Of a stretch of 64,000 nucleotides of DNA, positions 53,154 through 64,000 are shown piece by piece. This DNA comes from Flaccisagitta enflata (taxonomy: Eukaryota). Location of the stretch: the NCBI GenBank assembly GCA_965153355.1, contig OZ231126.1, forward strand, positions 42,718,001 to 42,782,000. Direction: 5' to 3'. Below the pieces are notes generated by a model that was given only the letters and a program-made list of their open reading frames with translations, was not told where the DNA came from and ran no database searches. How positions within the stretch are numbered: position 1 is the first letter of the stretch; the number at the start of each line of letters is the position of its first letter. The translations under genes were made by a program, and so were the position numbers.

Positions 53154-54074
53154 TTGCAGCGACCAGACAGAGTAGAGGAGACGATGATAAGGAAAAGGTG
53201 ATCGAGGATTAAGGGATTAAGGGTACAATCGTGGGAAAAAACGTGGTTCCCAACAAGGCGAATTTTCACACCGAAAGAATTGATATCACTTGAGGAAGGC
53301 ACCCCAATTTTATCGTGCTGCCCAGTTAGTTGTCAGAACAACTTTTGGTTGGTGAGCAGCAAGCTTTTTCCTCGCGTGCACGCGACTTTACACCCCGCTT
53401 TGTCTTTAAGTCATTTTAGGGTATACTAAGTCATTCTAAGTCATTCTAAGTCAATCTGTAAGTCTCGCACGCGGCTTATAGGTGTTGGCCTTGTTTTATA
53501 CAATATTGAAAAAAGAAGATTAAGTTAAATGATGTATTGATGATGTATTAGAAATGTTAGGCCATTTTAATGTTTCAGTTTAATCATAAAAGTGACATTT
53601 TTAAAAACACATAGAAATCAGAATAGGTGGCCAAAATTCTATGCTATGAAATATATGAGATATTTGATGTTTATAGTACTTTAGAATACGATGAAATTTT
53701 TTTTCATCATTCTTTTCTTTTTAAAATACTGGATCGTTACCAGTAATGCGTTTTGTGTGCTGACAGTTGGTCAAGCAGCGAAGATTAAGTCCTTGCACTG
53801 CCTCTCTCTTGCCCATCGCAAACAGATCGGTCTTCATGCTCCAGTCATTCCTAAAGCTATCACTCTGGCCAAACACGCCTTAGTGGCTCTCTGATTTTTC
53901 CCTCATCTTCCAATACTGCCAATGTGGTATCCACCGAGCAAATAAACACAATTGAAATTGACAAAACTCCTGAACCGACTGAATGCCTAAGTAACCGATT
54001 TAAACATTCCACACTTGCCAACACCTGATCAAGAAGGAAGAATACAGTCTTTTTTTGCCACTGACACAGACACT

Positions 54075-54886
54075 ATGGCAGATTCAGAGTCAAGCTCCGA
54101 TTCAGGTTCCGAGTCTGACTTAGAGTTAGAACCTTTATTGATTGGATCCGTTTTTGTAGCATCAAAGATTCCAAAAATGTATTGGGCATCCCATACTATA
54201 CTCGTCGACAACATTGAACGATTGATCCTGACCAAAAAGCCCATGATCTCCGACCCGTTCACATGCCCTCTCCTAAGTCGGCTGTCTTCGGACGAAAGCG
54301 GCCCGTGTGACAGACCGCTCATCTGTCGTATTTACGTGTATTTGAAGCGGTGGAAAAACAACACCATTCCTGGCGACGTCATCAGCATGAAAGTCGTAGT
54401 CAAACCCGAAAACGGATCGATGATCTTGCGAAATGTTATGTACCACGTCACTGATAATGTCGGGCTAACCATCACCACGGAAAAGGGTCCTACGATGAAA
54501 CTTTTGAAAAGGAACGCATCTGGACATACGACGCATATTTTTCTGAAATTGTCCAGAAAGGCAAACGCGTTCAAACTCCTCGCCGATATCGAGTACGAAA
54601 TAGGAATCGATCACGAAAATTTTTTCTTTCGGCCCACAATTTTGCAGCACTATCTCAAATTGCTGGAAACGCCTGAAAACGCCGACATCGCGTTCATCGT
54701 CGAAGGTGAGCAAATTATGGCCCATAAATGCATCCTGTCGGCGAGGTCAGACTATTTCGCGGCCATGTTCAAATCCGACTCGAAGGAAAATGTCACCAAC
54801 AAGGTGCAAGTCCCCGATGCCGATCCTCGAACGTTTCGAGCATTGCTGGAATTCATCCACGCGGAGTCGCGGACGTACATCCTAAG
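54075..54886 (+). CDS. SPOP-like BTB/POZ protein, exon 1 (possible degenerate MATH-like region, then BTB)
   Basis: ADIAFIVEGEQIMAHKCILSARSDYFAAMF..KENVTNKVQVPDADPRTFRALLEFIH; donor AAG|GTAAGG. Confidence 0.82.
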
Positions 54887-55424
54887 GTAAGGGGAAGTCT
54901 TGATGGGCATGATGGTGTAGCTGAATCACTCTATTGTGTGATGATGCCGTCACACTCAGCAACTGATCTACATCTAAATTATAGGAACCGATAGGTGGAC
55001 CACTGGACGGACCAATGGATGGACACATGCTATCTTGCTAGAACGCATCTAAAACATATTTGATACAAATGAGTTTTGTATGTCAGTTAGGGTGATTACC
55101 CAACGGCTTGACAAGTGACTTTTTTGGAACAAGAAAGCCAATTGGCCATGAAACCATGCATTCAATTTCTTAATCATGAATGATATCAAACAAGCAGAGT
55201 CTGATCAAGGAACCCGCACGGCAACAATAAAAATTTTCTATGCACAAAAAAATACTCTCATAAACTCAACCATTGTGTTGCTGCGCGGGTTTTTCAAAAA
55301 AAAATACCAACCACTGCCTGTCTGATTTCCATGGCAAAGACCACTTGCGTGTCTATGGTTGATTAGCAGAAGAATGTAAGATTTTGAACCAAATAAACCC
55401 TTTAGTTAACCAGCCTGATGTCAG

Positions 55425-55951
55425 TCCAATGATGAAAACTTTGTCTACACATGTATCCCTACTGTCAAAAAAGGCCAAAACGGCGTTGGATCTACTCGTT
55501 TTGGCGGATAAATACGGGATGGAGCACCTCAAACAGAAATGCGAGCTGATTCTGTTAAAAAAATCTACGATGGCTTGTAATTCGTAATTCCAACGATGGT
55601 TGTGGCCAAGCAAGTGGTGGAAGACGAGGTGGTGGAAGCGATAGCGGCGGTAGCGTTGGAGCTGGCAGCGATGAAGGCGGAAGCGGTGGTGGAGACGGCG
55701 ATGATAACGGCGGCGGAAGCGGAAACGGCGATGGCGACGGCGGCAATGGAATCGACGCAGTGGTCGACATAATTCTCGTCGCGGAACGACTCGGATGCGG
55801 AGAACTTGGTTCCAGAGCCAGAATCATTTTGCAAGAGAACATCGATCGGCTTTCCGAAGCGAGTCGCGTCAAGTTGAAATCAAATCCGGAACTTCTGTTG
55901 AAGATGTTCGAGCTGGCCTGCAAGAGACCAATGTCAAGAAACGGCAAGTGA
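55425..55951 (+). CDS. SPOP-like BTB protein, exon 2 (BTB end and BACK-like region; apparent frameshift)
   Basis: ALDLLVLADKYGMEHLKQKCE; one extra A in A7 at 55557-55563, then a Gly-rich insert and VVDIILVAERLGCGEL...LKSNPELLLKMF. Acceptor position uncertain. Confidence 0.65.
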
Positions 55952-57723
55952 GCAGGGCTAGAACTAGCCATTTTTTTAATGATTCAAATTCAACAAAACT
56001 ATACATTACTGTATAGCTTATGAAGTTACATATACGAATCCATAGAAGAATTTTGTTAACTGAGCTCAGTTTTCATGCATATTAAGCTTAATTAGACAGA
56101 TCTTGTACACAAAAAAATACAAAATTAAGCATATTGTAGCAAAAAATCAATATGAGAATATTTTTTACGTAAATTATGTTTAAACGCAATAGTATGAGGG
56201 TGTTTTATAAAAAAAAAATCGAAATTTCATGAATTTTCAAAAAATCGCTATAAGCACCATTTTTGGTTGGTTGGGCAGTGCGGTAAAAATTTGTTCGGCC
56301 AAGCTCTTCTTCATGCTAGTAATGTAGATACTCTTCAACAACTTTCATGCAAAATTTCAGCCAAATCGGCTATTTCATTCAAAAGTTATGCCACTTTTTC
56401 GTTTTTTCATTTGGTAGGTTGGTTGGGCTGGTTGGGCCGGTTGGACTCATCTTCAGAAGACCAACTTTTTTGGCCTGATCTCTCTTGGTAAAGTCTGTTT
56501 TCCCGCAAAAAATCATGGGTGTAGCTCAAAGGGTTCATGAGATATGGGCATTTTTGTAAATTGGACAAATTGATTTTTTTCTTCTTCTAAGTCCGCGAAA
56601 TCTTGACTTCCGCTAAGAAGAAAATAACTACGAAGATCGTCCAACGAGCGTATCAATTCTGTTCACACTTCAGGACTGATAAATTGTAAAATTTCAGTGT
56701 GACTAAACGCCTGGGAGGTAAGGCCTCAAATTTTCAGTGTAGACTCAAAATTTCACGCTCTTTCACGTGGTGTGGTCAGATTTCATGTAAAATGTGTCAT
56801 TTCCATGCCATAGTGGCATATCTTAAGCGTTAGGTATGCGTTAGGAACAAATTTGTGCGCAAATTGATACGCTCCAAGAAAATTTTTATTTCTCTGCCTA
56901 GGATCAACCCAATAACATGAAAATGAAGGGGAACGTCCCTCAAGTAGTTGTCCATCGAATGGCAAAAGAAAAAATGCTTAATGTTTAAGAAAAAGGAGGT
57001 TAAAAAAATTAATATCATGATATTCAGCCTTGAGAGAAAAAAAGCAAAAAAATCGAGCAGGGGTAAATTTGAATTATATGCCAATTTTTGGTAACTTATA
57101 GTTTGCTTACTAAGTTGATTTTTTTTGTGTATCCTATGGGACTACTACTAGTTGATGAAAACTCATAAAATCATAGGAAAAGACATTTCTTGATTGGTTT
57201 TGCTTGCTGTTTTCTACTGGAGACAGAATGGAGACAAGCCAAAAAAAGCTCTTTGACCAAATTTTTAGACCCCCTAAGGGTAGGGAGGGTCACAAAAAAT
57301 GGTTTGAAATTGTGCATTGGGTAGTCATGAATGTCTTTGAACCATTTAATCCGCATATAATGATGTATCGGAAGCTTGTGCTAATGTAGATTGGTGGTAA
57401 GTCGGGCCCTCCTGCTTGCTGTGGAACCGTGACATTTGCCTGGAATCAAATGCTGGCTACCGTTGCGCTTAATCATTAGGTTATCATTTGTTTATTTCAT
57501 CTGTTTATCATTTGTTAAATGATGTTTTAAATGTCGCTGTCGTTCAAGGCGTCCCAGTTTTTAATTCATTTTCTCCGTTGCGTTATTCTTTTGTTCTAAC
57601 TTGATATTCAAACCCCACAATTGCAATAAAAATCGTAAATGGCGTGCGAATTGATGGTGATAGTCCATAACACGAAATTGTGCAATCGATATGATTATGC
57701 ATCGTTTCGCGGTTAGAAACAAA

Positions 57724-57862
57724 CAAGGCCGGATACACGGCAATCCAGTCGCGGACGGTTTGGCAGGGGCGGTGCAAAAACCGCTCGGAATTAAAAAATG
57801 TGACGGACATACCGACCTACCGACCGACACTGCAAGGTGTAGAGTCGCGTGTCCGCGACTAA
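57724..57862 (-). mobile_element. HINE copy
   Basis: CAAGGCCGGATACACGGC...AGTCGCGTGTCCGCGACTAA. Confidence 0.85.
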
Positions 57863-58287
57863 AAACTCGGGGTTACAATATCGTCGCGGGCGGGTGACGG
57901 GTGACGGGTGAGCAGTTGCCCGACAATCACAAACACAATCCAAGCATCTTTGATAAGCTTTTTACACTATTCGAACATCATAGATGAACCAACAGATCGA
58001 CGGACAAAGTCTCTTATGGAGTCCACGACTAGAAAATGCCCGTGATTGCTTTCATATCATTATCTCCTTCCTTGAAGCGTGGTGATGATTTTGTAACTTT
58101 TCCAGTTAGAAATGCATCACCAACACGTTATTTCTACGCATGCTGATTCATATCTAGGAGCAGATCACAAATTCAAATCAGGATTTCAGACTCAATTCAG
58201 CATTGATACCACTTTGACCAAAAATTATGAAAAGATATTAAAAGTCTTGCAAAAACAATTGTTTCTCCCGACGTCCTCTGATGTCTA

Positions 58288-58353
<66 letters not shown>

Positions 58354-58385
58354 CATGTCTTTGAAACTCTATTTCCCTGTCTCTG

Positions 58386-58477
<92 letters not shown>

Positions 58478-58647
58478 GTTTCCGTTCCCCCGAAATGGCT
58501 GAGCGTCAGTGCTTGCTTTTGGATTCGTTTCCGTTTTTGTGAACCTCATGATTTCAGGGTCGTTCTCCAGCCTGCTTTTTATCGCTTCTTTCCAAACCCG
58601 TTGTTGTTGGAGGCAGAAGGGAGCAAAAGATAGATAGACAGATATAC

Positions 58648-58718
<71 letters not shown>

Positions 58719-59949
58719 CTTTGCAGTACACAGATTACAGAATGTTTTATACTTAAATGTCGACTATAGCAGTGTAGTAGTTGATGAAACTACAGAAGAG
58801 AAATGCAGAACTAAAAAGAAAACTATTCGACACAACATGGGGACATATATTGTGGTTGTAACAATCAAAACCATTTTTTTTCGATGATATCTTTGCCTTT
58901 TAACGAATGCCAAAAAGTCAGATTGAATCAATTTAACTTTCTATTACTCGTTAAAAGGGCGAGAAGGGAGACGTTAGACGTTAGACGTTAGACGTTAGAC
59001 GTTAGTTGTTAGACGATGCTCCAATGAGTCCTAGCCGCTACACCGATTTGGTTAACATAGATAAATTTAAGGCTAAAAAACCATAGAGACAAACGGCGAA
59101 TCAGTCGAGTTCGTTTGGACTAGGCCAGCATTGACCAATGTCTCCTAAAAAAATCGTCAAAATCAGCGGAACCGTGTCTCGATTGAAGCAGACGAACAGA
59201 CCAATGCAATGAGCTGAGACCACGGATTGACAGTCGGACTTTCCGGCCGCCAAGGGCACGAATATACCGCTGCTCTCACAGCTACTTGTTCCATAGAAGA
59301 ACAAGGCCAACACCTTACAGTTACAGTCGCGTGTGGTTGTTGAGACCATGAGACCAAAAGACGAAAAGACTAAATGTAAATTGTCTTTAAATAGCTTGAA
59401 ATAACTTAATATGACGTAATATGACGGAAAAAGCGACTTAAACTGACGTAAAATGACAAAAAAAGCTAAGCGTGACCGACCGACGGACCAATAGACGGAC
59501 AGAGCGGGTCATAGACTTGCGCGCAAGCGACTAAAAAAACGTTGAAACGGGGGTAGAGGGGGCATGAAAGAGGGGGGGGGGGGAAAGAAGAGAGATTGTA
59601 TCACACAAATATGCACGAAACTGAAAAATTAAGTAGCGGGAAGAAAAAGGGAGATAAAGTTGTTTCCTTCGTGTTCACGTTTATATCGACTTAAAAAATG
59701 GGAAGAAGCAGAAAGGAAGAAAGAAAGAAAGAAGAAAGGAAAAAGAAGTCTCTCAAAAAAATTTTATATGAAGTTTCTTATCTCATTAATCATTTTTCAT
59801 ATAAACCGGAAAGAATTTATCTTCTTTTTTCGTTCCACATTCGCGCGCATTCACACGTGCAATAATCACGCACGTAGAAAAGAGATATGAGTTTGCGCAT
59901 CTGCACGTACACATGCACGCAAGCACGTGCTCCAATATTTGAGGAATTG

Positions 59950-60835
<886 letters not shown>

Positions 60836-61028
60836 GTCTTGTTTTTTTTTCATTCCCTTCCCTCATTTTGTTCGTTGCCTTTGAGACTAGTCGTTCGCGT
60901 TGGAATCGATCTTTCGCCCTTCTTTCTCTTGTTTTTTTTTCTTTCCACGGCCACGCCCACCGCCGACGCTTAGTTTCAACCTCCAGAGCTCATTGGTGCT
61001 CAACCATGACGTTTAAGCTCCAGCCTCC

Positions 61029-61250
61029 AAAGCTCATTGGCGCTTATGGATGCTCAAGACTGGTGTTTAGCTCATTAAAGCTAATAGCGATTGATAGAAG
61101 CTCATTGGCGCTTATGGATGCTCAAGACTGGTGCTTAGCTCATTAAAGCTAATAGCGATTGATAGAAGCTCATTGGCGCTTATGGATGCTCAAGACTGGT
61201 GTTTAGCTCATTAAAGCTAATAGCGATTGATAGAAGCTCGTTGGCGCTCA
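61029..61250. repeat. 68-bp tandem repeat, about 3.3 copies
   Basis: AGCTCATTGG at 61031, 61099, 61167; partial at 61235. Confidence 0.92.
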
Positions 61251-61723
61251 CCACTGACTCTGGACATCTAAGGCCATCTGCACACTGGCTCTCTGATTTC
61301 AGCGAAACACCAGCACTTCCTGGCACTCAATAATTGTCATTTTGGGGACTGAAAATAATTGTTATCAAATCATCCCGGAAACCGCCATGTAAACATCCCT
61401 ATTAATTAGAAAAAAATGCTGGTACTGTTTTGGTCGTGGGCGCTTAAATTGGAGAGCCGGTTCTGAGCGCACATGGCCTTTGATGCTCAGCGTCAGTGTC
61501 AAGCGCCACTCTGTGCTCTGCACAGGCGCCAATTGGCCATTTAGCCTCGGCTCTGATCTATTAACTGCCATGGTCATTCCTAAATTATGATAACCGGAAC
61601 TCATTAGTGCTCACTGGCGCTTATCAAAGTTAAGTATAGGCATTTATTGGCGCTCATCTGAGTACATCAGTGCTGAGCACCGCTCATTGGTGCTCATTAA
61701 TGCTGAGCCCTGGTACTTTTCTG

Positions 61724-61985
61724 CGCTTAGCACCAGTGCTCATTGGCGCTTAGCACCGGCGCTCATTGACGCTTAGCACCGACGCTCATTGACGCTTAGC
61801 ACCGGCGCTCATCGACGCTTAGCCCCGGAGCTCATTGGCACTTAGCATCGGCGCTCATCGGCGCTTAGCACCGGTGCTCATTGACGCTTAGCACCGGCGC
61901 TCATTGACTCTTAGCCCCGGAGCTCATTGGCGCTTAGCACCGGCGCTCATTGACGCTTAGCACCGGCATTTATCGGCACTCATCG
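61724..61985. repeat. 23-bp minisatellite (CATTG[GA]CGCTTAGCACCGGCGCT)n, about 11 copies
   Basis: Period 23 read directly. Confidence 0.92.
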
Positions 61986-62067
61986 GCTCGAGTCACCGCC
62001 TCTAATTTCCGGTTCCCGGTTTTGACCGTTCCGCGGCGTTTCCAGGCAGAAACGAAGGAGAGAAAAT

Positions 62068-62117
<50 letters not shown>

Positions 62118-62778
62118 GCTTGAGCCTGGATATATAGATAGACACATACATAGATGCATATATAGATACATACATGGATAGATAGAAAGAAGAAAAGAAA
62201 GAAAGAAAGAAGAAAGAAAGATAGATGGATATCGGTATGTATACTAATATAGCGTGAATGAGAGCTAAAAAGTTGATGTGAGATAGAAAGATAACAATGA
62301 TGAAAGAAACAGAAGTCAGAGGAAAACCAGGTCAAATTAAAAAGAAGAATAGAAAAAAGAAAGAAAGCAAAAAACAATGAGGGAAAACGAGGGAAGCAAA
62401 ACAAAAGAGAAGAGTGAAAAAAGAAAAGAGCAAGGAAGAAGCGTGATAAGGGGTGACGTTACGTCCGATGTAAAGGGGAGACATAGGATGAAGGAGTCGG
62501 TGTGCAGAATTGGAAAGGTATAGAACACATTTTAGAGTAATTACACGTGAATGGTACAAAAAATTAGGTGCAATTAATATATTGCAGTGATACAGATTAC
62601 AGAGAGGCATGGTTTGGAGGATTTGAGAGGTTGAGAATCGAGGAGTATGAATGTGGATATTTCATCATTTCATGGAAAAAAAACAAAACAAAACGGCAGC
62701 AGCTCGATAATACATATTGCCTTTATTGGAAGCAACTTAAATATCGAAAAAAACGTCCACGGTTACAACAATACAACC

Positions 62779-62878
<100 letters not shown>

Positions 62879-62927
62879 CGGAGGCCAGTCACGATCACGA
62901 CAACAACAAAAACAGCAAAAACAAACA

Positions 62928-63270
62928 CAGCTACCCCCCTCCCACCTGCCCCACTTCAAAGTTAGTGTCTATATTAGTAGACAGATGGTTGAAAAAGCTA
63001 CAACCCCCCCCCCCACACTCCCACCAACATCACTACAAAGTTAGTGTCTAAATTAGTAGACAGATGGTTGAAACTGCTACCCCCCACCCACCTCCCTTGG
63101 TTCAAAGTTGGTGTCTTATTTGTAGACAGATGGTTGAAACAGCTACCCCCTCCCACCTCCCACCTCAAAGTTGGTGCCAAAGTTAGTAGACAGATGGTTG
63201 AAACAGCTACCCCCCTCCCACCTCCCTCGGTTCAAAGTTGGTGTCTAAGTTAGTAGACAGATGGTTGAAA
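62928..63270. repeat. ~65-80 bp tandem repeat, 5 copies
   Basis: GTAGACAGATGGTTGAAA and GCTACCCCC recur five times. Confidence 0.85.
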
Positions 63271-63326
63271 GCGGATCGATTCCCGGCTGAGGAAAAGAAA
63301 AAAAGCCCCATCCGGTTCCGGAAAAA

Positions 63327-63903
63327 CAAGGCCAACACCTATAAGTCGCGTGCAAGACTTAAATATGTAATTACTTTATTACATAACCACATAACTAAAA
63401 TGACTTTTATTGAATTTAATTTATGTAACATGACTTAAAATAATTTAAAACGACCTAAAATGACTTAAAATGCCCTAATTTGACTTGAATTGACCTAAAA
63501 TGACTAAAATGATTCAGTGACTAAAATAACTTAAATTGATTTAAATTGACATAAAATGACTTTAAATGACTTAAATTGACATAAAATGACTTAAAATGAC
63601 TTAAATTGACCTAGATTTACTGAAATTTTATTCAACTGACCTAAATTGACTTAAACAGACCTAAAATCGCTAAAATGATGAAAATTATTAAAATAACTCA
63701 AATGACTTCAATTGACTTAAACTGACTTAAAATGACTTAAAATGATTTAATTTGACTTTAAATGGACTATTTGACTTAAAATAAGCTAGTAGGAATAAAA
63801 CGAATAAAAAAAGTAAAGTGTGACCGACCAACCAACCGACCGACCGACCGACCGACCGACCGACGGACAAAGCGGGGTGTAGAGTCGCGTAGCACGCGAC
63901 TAA
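63327..63903 (-). mobile_element. HINE variant with internal 10-bp (AAATGACTTA)n array
   Basis: CAAGGCCAACACCTATAAGTCGCGTGC ... (CCGA)n ... AGTCGCGTAGCACGCGACTAA; the terminal hairpin is identical to the Helentron left end. Confidence 0.85.
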
Positions 63904-64000
63904 AAAGGCAACTGAGGCTAGTCAAGCTTCAAAGACAAGCGACGGTCAACCAATGCCGACCACTCCACCGTGTATGGACAGCAAACGATTGACAACAGTA

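Noticed and set aside
59101-59300. Cys-containing - strand ORF next to a HINE
   Set aside because: No recognisable motif or partner exons; its start lies inside the repeat.

Overview
This is repeat-rich eukaryotic (animal, probably invertebrate) genomic DNA with spliceosomal genes, dense microsatellites and many transposons. The central feature is an apparently full-length ~12.7 kb Helentron (Helitron2-type rolling-circle transposon, 30323-43056, coding on the - strand). It carries (i) a coiled-coil/Pro-rich/SGNH-hydrolase ORF resembling LINE ORF1 esterases and (ii) a polyprotein of USP-type (peptidase C19) deubiquitinase, poly-Q, Zn-finger, 23-aa repeats, HUH Rep, Pif1 helicase and APE endonuclease, broken by only three lesions. 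Its termini match a very abundant short non-autonomous family (HINE/DINE-1-like) spread across the window; copies have inserted into the Helentron itself and into a CR1-type LINE. The Helentron lies in intron 1 of a 5-exon divergent class-A-like 7TM receptor gene. Other genes are an SRSF3/Rbp1-like SR splicing factor (-) and an SPOP-like BTB gene (+, one homopolymer frameshift). Also present: hAT-type MITEs with 8-bp TSDs, TA-flanked foldback MITEs, minisatellites and satellites. All calls come from manual reading of motifs; no database search was run.
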